DNA from: Ilumatobacteraceae bacterium
GTDB taxonomy: Bacteria; Actinomycetota; Acidimicrobiia; Acidimicrobiales; Ilumatobacteraceae
Assembly: GCA_032118015.1 (NCBI GenBank)
Contig: JAULYE010000010.1
Span: forward strand, 5,113 to 69,112
Length of the DNA stretch: 64,000 nucleotides
Reading direction: 5' to 3'
Below are positions 42,112-51,256 of the stretch, in pieces (within the stretch, counting starts at the first letter, position 1; each line of letters opens with the position of its first letter). Under the pieces are notes generated by a model, which had not been told where the DNA came from, searched no databases, and saw only the letters and a program-made list of their open reading frames with translations. A program made the position numbers and the translations under genes.

Positions 42112-44435
42112 GGTTCGTACGCCGAGAGGACGATCGACTCCTTACCGGTCAGGGTCGATTCCTGGACGACATCGAGGGGCCGAATCAGGTGCACGTTCGT
42201 TTCGTGCGTTCCCAGGTGGCACACGGTCGCCTCGATCTCGTCGATGTCGAGCAGGCTCGGGCACTTCGCGGCGTGTTCGCAGTGTGGACCGGTCCCGACA
42301 TCATCGACCAGGTGCGCCCACTTGGTCCGTCCAAGGCAGATGGCGGCGTCTTCGAAGATCCGCTGTTCGCAGTCTTGGGACCCGAGGCAGGATTCATTCG
42401 CCACGCTCTGCGACCCATCCTCGCAGTGGACACCGTGCGGTATGTCGGCGAGCCGATTGTGGCGATCGCTGCGTGCGACCCGTACGTAGCAGAGGATGCT
42501 GCAGCGCTTGTCGATGTGATCATCGATGAACTACCCGCTCTGAGTGACCCGTTCGCAGCCCTGGCCGATGATGCGGTGCGACTCTACGACTGGCCGGACA
42601 ATGTCTGTCTCGATCTCAAGGTGTCGACAGGTGACGTGAACACCGCCTTCGCGATGGCTGCGCATCGCACGCGGCGAACACTGCATTCGGCGCGGTTGTC
42701 GTGCAGCCCACTCGAAGGGCGTGGTGTGGTGGCGATTCCGGATGCCGTTGGTGGGGGCATCACCGTCTATTCATCCACCCAGATTCCACACATGGTGCGT
42801 GATGCCATTGCTGACGGACTCGGCTGGCCCCAGCACAGTGTGCGTGTCGTCGCCCCTGATGTGGGTGGCGGATTCGGTGCCAAAGCAATTCCCTACCCTG
42901 AAGAACTCTTCGTTCCGTGGGTGGCACGAACCTTGGGCCGGCCTGCGAAGTGGGTCGAGGATCGCTACGAACATTTCGTGAGTGCCATTGGTTCGCGCGA
43001 TCAGATCCACGACATCGAGATCGCGCTCGACCGTGACGGCACAATTCTCGGTGTTCGGGATCATTTCGTCAGTGATGTTGGCGCGTTCAGTCCGCTCGGA
43101 GTGGTGCAGCCGTACAACACGGCAGCGCACCTGGCCGGCTGTTACCGGGTACCAAATCTTTCGATTCATATGACGTCGGTGGTGACGAACAAGCCACCGT
43201 TGTCTCCGTATCGCGGTGCCGGCCGACCTGAGGCAGTGTTCGCGATGGAGCGCATCATCGACATTGCCTGTCGCGAGCACGGTTTCGATCCCTCAGATGT
43301 GCGTCGGTCCAACGCGATCACCCGGGACGAGATCCCCTACTCAGTGGGAATTCCGTACCGAGATGGGCGACCTATCGTGTACGACTCGGGTGACTTCGCC
43401 GGATGTCTCGGCACGGCACTCGATCTCGCAGCGGTGGAATCGGATCCGCAGCCCAATCGAGGACGACCCGTGGGGTTCGGCATTGCGTGTTACGTGGAGG
43501 GAACGGGAATCGGTCCCTTCGAAAGTGCTGAGATCGACATGCTTGAGGATGGAACGGTGATCGTCGCGACCGGAGCTTGTTCGCAGGGACAATCTCATGA
43601 GACGGTTTTTGCGCGTCTGGCTGCCGACGTCCTTGGTATATCCGCTGATCGCGTGATCCTGGTCGGGGGCGATACCGCGGCGACATCGTTCGGTTGGGGG
43701 ACGTTGGCCTCGCGCAGTGCGGTGAATGCGGGTAGTGCGATTCGTCGCGCAAGTGAGAACATCGCGCGCCAGGTGACCGACGAGCTGTGCTCGCTGTGGG
43801 AAGTTGCACCAGAGGACATCGTGTTCGCTGACAACCGCGTGTCAGTTGCTGGTACTCCCAGTATCTCGATGTCATGGGTCGATGTGATCGCGCGATTCTC
43901 ACCCAAGTTCGGCACTCCCGACGCCACTCGAAACGGATTGTCAGCTTCGGCTCATTTCGTGCCCGAGACGGTGACGTTCGCAAATGGAGCACATGTCGCA
44001 AAGGTGGCGGTGGACACCGAGACTGGACAGGTGGAGATCCTCGACTACGTCGTGGTTCACGACTGCGGTCCTCTTTTAGATGAAGAGGTCGTGAATGGTC
44101 AGATCGAAGGCGGAGTGGCCCAAGGTCTCGGAGCTGCGTTATTTGAAGACTTGGCCTACGACGACAACGCGCAACCACTCAACCCGAACTTCATCGACTA
44201 CATCCTTCCCCCTGCCTCTGAGATGCCCGACGTGCGAATCCATCATGTGGAGACGCGCAGTCCACTCAATCCGCTCGGTATCAAAGGTGTGGGGGAGGCG
44301 GGCACGATCCCCGTAGCTGCAGCGGTCCTCAATGCGATCGATCACGCCCTGAGGGACCAAGGAGTCGAAGTGCACCGCACTCCTGCGAGTCCGAAGATGA
44401 TCACAGCACTTCTAGCGAAGGGACGACAATCATGA
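42108..44435 (+). CDS. Molybdopterin-binding large subunit (form-II CoxL / xanthine dehydrogenase family)
   Basis: RREDDRLLTGQGRFLDD N-terminus. The active-site loop is PYRGAGRPEA (AYRGAGR type, not the AYxCSFR of true CO dehydrogenases). GVGEAGT is present near the C-terminus. Confidence 0.85.
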   Translation: MRFVRREDDRLLTGQGRFLDDIEGPNQVHVRFVRSQVAHGRLDLVDVEQARALRGVFAVWTGPDIIDQVRPLGPSKADGGVFEDPLFAVLGPEAGFIRHALRPILAVDTVRYVGEPIVAIAACDPYVAEDAAALVDVIIDELPALSDPFAALADDAVRLYDWPDNVCLDLKVSTGDVNTAFAMAAHRTRRTLHSARLSCSPLEGRGVVAIPDAVGGGITVYSSTQIPHMVRDAIADGLGWPQHSVRVVAPDVGGGFGAKAIPYPEELFVPWVARTLGRPAKWVEDRYEHFVSAIGSRDQIHDIEIALDRDGTILGVRDHFVSDVGAFSPLGVVQPYNTAAHLAGCYRVPNLSIHMTSVVTNKPPLSPYRGAGRPEAVFAMERIIDIACREHGFDPSDVRRSNAITRDEIPYSVGIPYRDGRPIVYDSGDFAGCLGTALDLAAVESDPQPNRGRPVGFGIACYVEGTGIGPFESAEIDMLEDGTVIVATGACSQGQSHETVFARLAADVLGISADRVILVGGDTAATSFGWGTLASRSAVNAGSAIRRASENIARQVTDELCSLWEVAPEDIVFADNRVSVAGTPSISMSWVDVIARFSPKFGTPDATRNGLSASAHFVPETVTFANGAHVAKVAVDTETGQVEILDYVVVHDCGPLLDEEVVNGQIEGGVAQGLGAALFEDLAYDDNAQPLNPNFIDYILPPASEMPDVRIHHVETRSPLNPLGIKGVGEAGTIPVAAAVLNAIDHALRDQGVEVHRTPASPKMITALLAKGRQS

Positions 44436-45193
44436 CCGACCATGCAACACTCGAAGTGAGGAATCTGTCGAAGAACTATGGTGGCATCTTCGCTCTTGCT
44501 GACGTCTCTTTGTCGTTCCGCGCGGGCGAAGTCACCGCGATCGTGGGTGACAACGGTGCGGGGAAGTCGACGCTTCTCAAGGCCATGTGCGGAGCGCTCA
44601 CCCCCGACACGGGGAAGATCATCGTGGAGGGCCGCGAATTCGAATTCCGAGGTCCCAATGATGCTCGTCAGGCCGGCATCGAGACGGTGCATCAGGACCT
44701 GGCCCTTGCCAACAATTTGTCGGTGGCGCAGAACATGTTCCTCGGGCGTGAGGAAGTTACTGGATTCTGGCCATTCAAGTTCTTGAAGACGCGATCAATG
44801 AACCAGAAGGCGTATGAGACGATCAATGGTCTGTCTGTCAACGTTCCCTCACCCCAGGCTGTTGTCGAGGAATTGAGTGGCGGACAACGACAGGCCATTG
44901 CGATCGCGCGCGCGACCACCTGGGGCAATTACGTCGTTCTGATGGATGAGCCAACCGCAGCGCTTGGAGTCACCGAGACAGCTCGCGTCGAGCAGCTGAT
45001 CGCGACCTTGCGCGATCGGGGTCTGTGCGTGGTCATCGTCAGCCACGACCTGGGCCAGGTCGTTCGGGTCTCCGATCGCGTCGCTGTCATGAGACAAGGT
45101 CGTCTTGCAGCCCATTTGTTGACGTCTCAGACCTCTGGAGACGAAATACTTGCTCTCATCACCGGACTCAAAGAAGAATCCAGGCGTGGATAG
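44432..45193 (+). CDS. Single-NBD sugar ABC transporter ATP-binding protein (FrcA-like)
   Basis: GDNGAGKST Walker A, LSGGQRQ signature, VLMDEPTAALG Walker B, 253 aa. Confidence 0.85.
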   Translation: MTDHATLEVRNLSKNYGGIFALADVSLSFRAGEVTAIVGDNGAGKSTLLKAMCGALTPDTGKIIVEGREFEFRGPNDARQAGIETVHQDLALANNLSVAQNMFLGREEVTGFWPFKFLKTRSMNQKAYETINGLSVNVPSPQAVVEELSGGQRQAIAIARATTWGNYVVLMDEPTAALGVTETARVEQLIATLRDRGLCVVIVSHDLGQVVRVSDRVAVMRQGRLAAHLLTSQTSGDEILALITGLKEESRRG

Positions 45194-45725
45194 TCACCTG
45201 AATCACATCACCAATCCCCGAGTAGATGCAGTCGACCGAATCGTCGACGGCTGGGTCCGGCAGGTGCCGGACTTCGATTCCGGTCCCATCCAAGTGCTCG
45301 GTCGTCTCAATCGTGTGGCGCGACTGCTGGACAACAACTTGCGGTCCTTCTTCCAAGTTCATGGACTGGGGATCGGTGACTACGACTTGATGGCTGCACT
45401 GTTCCGTATGGGCCCCCCGTACATGGCTCGGCCTTCATCGATCGCTCGCACTTCACTGCTCACCTCTGCCGGCGTCACGTTGCGAGTCGACCGCATGGTC
45501 AAAATGGGTATGGTCAAGCGTGTCGACGACCTCGATGATCGTCGCGGTGTGTACGTCCAGCTCACTGACGAAGGCGTAGATGTGGTCGGTCGTGTGGCCT
45601 TGATCAACAGGGAACGTCAGCGGCGCATGTTGAACTCGTTGACACCCGAGGAGTCCGCCATCCTCGAATCTGCGTTCCGCAAGCTCGAGCAATCACTCGT
45701 GAGTCCTGGTTGGCCCGATCAATGA
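45186..45725 (+). CDS. MarR-family transcriptional regulator
   Basis: GDYDLMAALFRMGPPYMARPSSIARTSLLTSAGVTLRVDRMVKMGMVKRVDDLDDRRGVYVQLTDEG is a winged HTH. GTG 45186 overlaps the upstream stop. Confidence 0.8.
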   Translation: MDSHLNHITNPRVDAVDRIVDGWVRQVPDFDSGPIQVLGRLNRVARLLDNNLRSFFQVHGLGIGDYDLMAALFRMGPPYMARPSSIARTSLLTSAGVTLRVDRMVKMGMVKRVDDLDDRRGVYVQLTDEGVDVVGRVALINRERQRRMLNSLTPEESAILESAFRKLEQSLVSPGWPDQ

Positions 45726-46525
45726 CGACAACGTCAGCGAACCATTCCCATCGAGTCGGCCTGATCGGATCGGGTGCTCTTGGCAACCTGATTCAAGGGC
45801 AGCTCGAAACTGGTGCGGTTCCTGGAGTCACATTGACCTCGGTGTTCAGCCTCGAGCTGGGCTCACTCGATCATGTGCTGGAGAATTGCGACATCGTCGT
45901 CGAGGCAGCTGGCCAAGCTGCTCTTCGAGCCCATGGCCCCGCGATCGTGGCCTCAGGTCGGACGCTGGTGGCACTCAGCAACGGGGTGCTGGCAGATGAC
46001 GAGATGGCACGCGTCTTGACGTCTGGTCCCGGCAGATTCGTTCCGAGTGCTGGTGCCATCGGCGGATTCGATCTGATCGATGCGTTGAGAATTTCTGGAC
46101 AGCTCACCGACGTCTCGTTGCACACCGTCAAGTCTCCGCCGAGTCTCGTTCAGCAGTGGATGAGCGATGACGAACGTGCCGTTCTCGAGGCAGGTTCCAC
46201 CTTCGTCAACGTGTTCACCGGTAGTGCCCGTGATGCAACGCGCCTGTTCCCCGCCAACGCCAATGTGGCGGCAACGCTGGGTGTGCGCTCGATCGGCCTC
46301 GACCGGACACGGGTCATCATCGATGCGGATCCGCAGGCGCCCAGCACGCGCCATACCGTCGTTCTCGAGTCGACGCTCGGCCGATACGAGTTGACGTTCG
46401 CCAACACGCCGTCGATCTCGAATCCGAAGTCGAGCGAACTGGCAGCGTTCTCCGTTCTGCACGATCTCCAACAGTTGACCGCCCCCAATGTCGTGATGTG
46501 TGAGCCTCCAGGAGTGAATCGATGA
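45722..46525 (+). CDS. Aspartate dehydrogenase (NadX)-like NAD-binding protein
   Basis: RVGLIGSGALGN, DIVVEAAGQAALR, SAGAIGGFDLIDA. ATGA coupling at both ends. Confidence 0.65.
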   Translation: MTTTSANHSHRVGLIGSGALGNLIQGQLETGAVPGVTLTSVFSLELGSLDHVLENCDIVVEAAGQAALRAHGPAIVASGRTLVALSNGVLADDEMARVLTSGPGRFVPSAGAIGGFDLIDALRISGQLTDVSLHTVKSPPSLVQQWMSDDERAVLEAGSTFVNVFTGSARDATRLFPANANVAATLGVRSIGLDRTRVIIDADPQAPSTRHTVVLESTLGRYELTFANTPSISNPKSSELAAFSVLHDLQQLTAPNVVMCEPPGVNR

Positions 46526-48801
46526 GCCTTCTCGGTCGTGCCGTGACCCGTGTGGAAGATCATCGCTTCCTCACCGGTCGTGGTCGTTATGTCTACAACA
46601 CACCGAGCGCTGATACGACGACGTATTGGCTCTCGTTCGTGCGTTCTCCCGTGGCTCATGGTCGACTTCTCGGTATCGATGTGTCAGCGGCTCTCGACGT
46701 GGATGGGGTGATCGAGGTCATCACCGGTAGCGACGTCGATCTGCCACCGATTCCTCCGGTGTTCGGCAGTCTCACTCATCCATTGATGGTGCGCCCGATC
46801 GTGGCCACTGACCGGGTGCGCTTCGTCGGGGAGATCATTGCGGTCGTTGTGGCAACGAGTGAATCGGCTGCGGTGGATGGAGCCAATGTCGTCATCGAAG
46901 ACATCGATCCATTGGATGTGGTGATCGACCCAATGGATGCCGTGTCGTCGTCGGTTCATCTGTTCGAAGGTGCAGGCACCAACGTCACCTATTCCGGATC
47001 GCTTTCGTCGACAGGAGTGGACGAATCAACAGACTTGTTCGCCGGATGCGATGTGGTCGTGGAGCAAGTCATCGTCAATCAACGCCTCGCTCCGTGCCCT
47101 CTGGAACCCCGTGCCGCTGTCGTCGTGCCCGAGGGAGAGCGTCTGCACTGTTATCTCACCACGCAAACACCCCAGTTGGCCCGCGACACGATTGCCACCC
47201 AGTTGATGGTGTCGGTCGACATGATTCACGTGATTGCAGGCCCCGACGTGGGTGGAGGGTTCGGACCCAAGGACGGCTGGTATCCCGAGGACATCCTGAC
47301 TGCCTGGGTTGCTCGTCGTCACGGCCGGACGACCCGTTGGCACGAGACGCGTTCGGAGAGCATGCTCGGTCTGTATCACGGACGGGCGCAGGTACAGACA
47401 CTGCGCATCGGAGGCAGTCGTGAAGGTGATGTCCAGGCCTACGAGATGGTCATCGTTCAGGATGCAGGCGCGTATCCGAGTCTTGGTGCGTGGTTGCCGG
47501 ATCTCACGATGATGATGGCTCCAGGAACGTACGACATCCCTCGGGTGCGCACGCGGTCGCAATCAGTGGTGACCAATTCGACGCCCGTCAATGCCTACCG
47601 AGGTGCGGGTCGTCCCGAAGCCACAGCTGCGATCGAGCGCATGATCGATCTGTTCTCCCGGCGTATCGGCCTCGATTCGATCGATGTGCGCCGTCGCAAT
47701 CTGATCGCTCCATTCGCGTCGGCGCGTCCCAATGCCATGGGGACGATCTACGACTCAGGTGACTATCCAGCTGCGCTCGAGGCTCTTGTGCAACACGTCG
47801 ACATCGCATCATTGCGCGCAGATCAAGATCGACGGCGAGCGTCGGGGGATCCTGTCCAACTGGGCATTGGCATCAGCACCTATGTCGAGGTCACGGGCGG
47901 TCCCTCAGCGGGGAGCGAGCACGCTCGCGTGTCTCTTGGTGCCGACGGCTCGGTGACCGTCTTCACTGGTACATCCCCACATGGGCAGGGTCACGAGACG
48001 TCATGGGCGATGTTGGCTGCGAGCGAACTCGGCGTGGACATGTCGAGTGTGACTGTCATGCACGGTGACACCGATCTCGTTCCCGAGGGTGTGGGAACGT
48101 ACGGATCGCGTTCTTTGCAGTTAGGAGGGAGCGCGGTTGTCAAAGTGAGTCGGGATCTGATCGACGAAGCCAAGCGCATCGCGGCCCGCCATTTCGAAGC
48201 GGCTGAAGGGGATATCGAATTCGATGTCGACAGGGCGATGTTCCACGTTGCGGGAACGCCATCGAAGACATTGTCGTGGACCGATGTCGCTACGGTTGCA
48301 GATGCGCCTGTCACGTCGTACGGCAAGTACGAAGCAGCGAGTCCTACATTCCCCTCCGGAGCGCACTTGGCCGTTGTCGAGGTGGATGTGGAGACGGGGC
48401 ACACTCGACTGCAGAGATTCATCTCCGCCGACGATGCAGGCCGCATTATCAACCCGTTGATCGCTCACGGTCAACGCCATGGGGGCATTGCTCAGGGCAT
48501 TGCACAGGCCCTTTTCGAGGAGTTCTCGTATGACGATTTCGGGAATCCCCAAGGTGGCAACTTGGCTGAGTACGCGTTTCCGAGTGCTGCAGAAATGCCC
48601 CTTTTCGAATTGCTCGACGTCACGACGTCCACAGATGCCAATGTGATCGGCGTCAAAGGCATTGGCGAATCGGGCACGATCGGCTCGACGCCGGCAGTGC
48701 ACAACGCCGTTCTCGATGCGCTTGCCCATCTCGGGGTAGATCACATCGACATGCCTTTGACGCCGTTCAAAGTCTGGTCTGCTGTTCACCAGATGTCATA
48801 G
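46522..48801 (+). CDS. Second molybdopterin-binding large subunit (form-II CoxL-like)
   Basis: RVEDHRFLTGRGRYV, NAYRGAGRPEATAAIE, GIGESGTIGS. No cognate S or M subunit genes are adjacent. Confidence 0.85.
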   Translation: MSLLGRAVTRVEDHRFLTGRGRYVYNTPSADTTTYWLSFVRSPVAHGRLLGIDVSAALDVDGVIEVITGSDVDLPPIPPVFGSLTHPLMVRPIVATDRVRFVGEIIAVVVATSESAAVDGANVVIEDIDPLDVVIDPMDAVSSSVHLFEGAGTNVTYSGSLSSTGVDESTDLFAGCDVVVEQVIVNQRLAPCPLEPRAAVVVPEGERLHCYLTTQTPQLARDTIATQLMVSVDMIHVIAGPDVGGGFGPKDGWYPEDILTAWVARRHGRTTRWHETRSESMLGLYHGRAQVQTLRIGGSREGDVQAYEMVIVQDAGAYPSLGAWLPDLTMMMAPGTYDIPRVRTRSQSVVTNSTPVNAYRGAGRPEATAAIERMIDLFSRRIGLDSIDVRRRNLIAPFASARPNAMGTIYDSGDYPAALEALVQHVDIASLRADQDRRRASGDPVQLGIGISTYVEVTGGPSAGSEHARVSLGADGSVTVFTGTSPHGQGHETSWAMLAASELGVDMSSVTVMHGDTDLVPEGVGTYGSRSLQLGGSAVVKVSRDLIDEAKRIAARHFEAAEGDIEFDVDRAMFHVAGTPSKTLSWTDVATVADAPVTSYGKYEAASPTFPSGAHLAVVEVDVETGHTRLQRFISADDAGRIINPLIAHGQRHGGIAQGIAQALFEEFSYDDFGNPQGGNLAEYAFPSAAEMPLFELLDVTTSTDANVIGVKGIGESGTIGSTPAVHNAVLDALAHLGVDHIDMPLTPFKVWSAVHQMS

Positions 48802-48878
48802 TCATTACGTCATAATCATCACGTCATAATCATCACGTCATAATCATCACGTCATAATCGTTACGTCATAGTCATTCG
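48795..48878. repeat. 14-bp tandem repeat x6 (gtcataatcatcac consensus) starting inside the stop codon of the molybdoenzyme gene
   Basis: Units at 48795, 48809, 48823, 48837, 48851 and 48865. The three inner units are identical and the outer units are symmetric variants (gtcatagtcatt...). Confidence 0.95.
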
Positions 48879-48922
48879 CATATCGGACTCAATCCGATCA
48901 TCATCACAGAGAGGTTTTAGTC

Positions 48923-49522
48923 ATGGAGAAACTGCACAACGAATTCATCGTCCACCGTGACATCCGCACCGCCTTCGAGGTCCTCACCGATCTCGAAGCT
49001 ATTGCCCCGTGCTTGCCGGGTGCAACCCTCGAAGGTCGTGAGGGCGACAATTTCATCGGCTCAGTGAAAGTGAAGTTGGGGGCGATTGCTGTCAATTTCG
49101 GAGGAACCGTCCACATCGTCGAGAAGAACGAGAGTGACTACACCGTCTCGTTGTTAGCCAAGGGACGCGAGAAGAGCGGTCGTGGTATGGCTGAAGCGGC
49201 TATCGCTGCACGTCTCGAGGAGATGTCTGCCACCGAGACCAGGGTCGTGGTGGACACGGATTTGAAGATCATGGGCAAAATCGCTCAGTTCGGCCGAGGA
49301 ATCATCAACGATGTCAGCAAACAGTTGATCGATCAGTTCGCTGGAAACCTGGATCGCCTGATGTCGGCGCCGTCCGAAGCCGGAGAGGAAGTCGCTGCCG
49401 CTCCGGCCCAGGAGAACGTTCTCGAATTGGGATCACTGCTGTCTGGTGTCTTGCTCAAGCGCCTCGTGCCAGTTGCGGTAGCCATTGCTGCGGTGATCGT
49501 GGTGCTGGTCCTCGTTCTCTGA
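48923..49522 (+). CDS. CoxG-family SRPBCC protein with a C-terminal TM helix
   Basis: FEVLTDLEAIAPCLPGATLEGREGDNFIGSVKVKLGAIAVNFGGT is a CoxG signature. The hydrophobic tail is LVPVAVAIAAVIVVLVLVL. Confidence 0.8.
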   Translation: MEKLHNEFIVHRDIRTAFEVLTDLEAIAPCLPGATLEGREGDNFIGSVKVKLGAIAVNFGGTVHIVEKNESDYTVSLLAKGREKSGRGMAEAAIAARLEEMSATETRVVVDTDLKIMGKIAQFGRGIINDVSKQLIDQFAGNLDRLMSAPSEAGEEVAAAPAQENVLELGSLLSGVLLKRLVPVAVAIAAVIVVLVLVL

Positions 49523-49719
49523 TCGGACCCAAGGCATTTCGTCACGAGACTCGTGGCTATGTCGCGCATCTTGTCACGTAGCGCCATCGAGGAGGTGATC
49601 GACGATGAGAGTCCTGGTCCCTCTGGCCGCAGCGATTCATGACTGGTAAGTCAGCAAAACGAATGTTCATGTTCATGTTCATGGCAATTCCTATGGCTAG
49701 GTCAAGATCGGTTCCCTGA

Positions 49720-50556
49720 TCAACTCTGCCGGTACAAAGATGCCGGCAACACCACCGGCGGTTTCGACGTGTTGTCGCAGTCGAGCCGGTGTGGAAACTG
49801 CGAACAGTACCCCCTGGTCTGCGCTCGGTCTTTTCGCAGCAGGGTCATCTCCAGCACCTGGGGAATCTCCATCCCGTTGCTGACGACGTTTCTGCCGTCA
49901 TTGTTGGGGTGGAGATGCACACACACGAAGTCCTCAAGGAGTCGACTCAGAACGGGTGCACGCAGATGGAACTGCTGCCAATAGTGGAGCGAATCGAGTG
50001 CGTGCAATTCGACGACGATGATCCGGAATCTCAGCAAGTTGCGGTGAGAGATATTGGCCAAGGCCAGCCACTCGGCACCTTCGATGTCCATCTGGAGGAT
50101 GAAGTCATCTTCGGACGGAGACACCGATGAGTCGATCCACGAGTCGAGGGAAATGAATTCATCGGTATCGACCAGACCGATGTACTTGTCGAGAAAATTG
50201 AAATTCGGATTGTCCGATGAGGGCCCCTCCACCGAGCGATCAGCCATGAACACACGCATCCCGCGTCGAGCACAATCTTCTTCGAAGGCCGAGACATCAC
50301 CCACTCCGGGGGAGAAACACGTCGTAATGCCTACAAGATCATCGGGCACCAAATACCCACCGTCACCCTCTGGTCCGAGCCGGATGAGTGGATATTGCGT
50401 TTCGACTGGGTGCAAGGAGTGCAGCAGAGATGACAGCGCGCCCTGCCCAGAGGCATGAATTTTGACGTATCCGAAGCGAATGACGAGGGGATGGATCAGC
50501 CATCGCCCCAGTCGAACCTTGACGAATCGCGGCAACCATCGGATAGGTCGTGTCAC
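49720..50556 (-). CDS. FkbM-family methyltransferase-like protein
   Basis: LQMDIEGAEWLALANIS resembles the FkbM K.D.EG.E motif. Lower-GC gene. Confidence 0.5.
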   Translation of the reverse strand: MTRPIRWLPRFVKVRLGRWLIHPLVIRFGYVKIHASGQGALSSLLHSLHPVETQYPLIRLGPEGDGGYLVPDDLVGITTCFSPGVGDVSAFEEDCARRGMRVFMADRSVEGPSSDNPNFNFLDKYIGLVDTDEFISLDSWIDSSVSPSEDDFILQMDIEGAEWLALANISHRNLLRFRIIVVELHALDSLHYWQQFHLRAPVLSRLLEDFVCVHLHPNNDGRNVVSNGMEIPQVLEMTLLRKDRAQTRGYCSQFPHRLDCDNTSKPPVVLPASLYRQS

Positions 50557-50580
50557 GAAAATCTCTCTCGGCTGTCGACG

Positions 50581-51141
50581 TCAGCGATTCATGAACGCGT
50601 CGACAGCGACACCGATGGCTGCCCCAACACGCATGTCGAGAGCATCATCCTCGACACGAATCTCGTACGTGTCCTTGATCTTGAAGTTCGCCCGGTTGAC
50701 ATGACCGACCTGGTTGCCATTCGCGTCGAGGATGCTGAACTGCACACGGAAGAGCCACGGAATATCTGCCACGAGTCCGATGACGCGGCGGGCAATCGCT
50801 TTGGCCTGACTGGTTTCAGTGACTGTCCATTGTCCGCTCGGCGTCTCGACACGGTAGGTCGAACGTCCCAGTGACGACTTGAAATCCTTAGTCATCACCC
50901 CGAGAGAGACACCGCTGCCATCGGTGATGTCATATGTGGCAGCGAGCTCGACGATGCTGCGCGCCTTGATGGTGAACCAGGTGCTCGTGTCATCAGGTCC
51001 TGTGCACGTGACTTCCTCTTTCAACTTCATACGGGCCTGTTGGATGGTGCCGAGCGGTGTGTCTTGGCCGTCGATGCGCGACAGATGCCAGATGTTCTTG
51101 ATCACCGTCAGTTTTTGTGCGAGCTGCAGCGTGTAGGTCAT
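50581..51141 (-). CDS. LURP-one-related / scramblase-like (tubby C-terminal-like fold) protein
   Basis: Start taken at MTYTLQ (ATG 51141; 51165 is an alternative). The C-terminus KIKDTYEIRVEDDALDMRVGAAIGVAVDAF matches the LOR-family end pattern. Tentative call. Confidence 0.45.
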   Translation of the reverse strand: MTYTLQLAQKLTVIKNIWHLSRIDGQDTPLGTIQQARMKLKEEVTCTGPDDTSTWFTIKARSIVELAATYDITDGSGVSLGVMTKDFKSSLGRSTYRVETPSGQWTVTETSQAKAIARRVIGLVADIPWLFRVQFSILDANGNQVGHVNRANFKIKDTYEIRVEDDALDMRVGAAIGVAVDAFMNR

Positions 51142-51256
51142 GGTCCGAGTGTAGGGAACGATCATCGACTGTGAGGGGCGAGTCGATGGGTCGATCGCTG
51201 GTCCTTCAAAGTCATCTCTGAGGGAGTTTGGGGCATAAAGGCCGAATATCCTTGCG

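Noticed and set aside
42108-48801. True aerobic CO dehydrogenase (coxMSL).
   Set aside because: The active-site loops read PYRGAGR and AYRGAGR, not the AYxCSFR signature of form-I CoxL.
48795-48878. CRISPR array (also considered for the other tandem repeats).
   Set aside because: The units are contiguous with no spacers, are only 6-24 bp long, and no cas genes are present.
49605-49649. 14-aa micro-ORF MRVLVPLAAAIHDW behind a ggaggtga SD.
   Set aside because: It is too short to evaluate without conservation or translation data.
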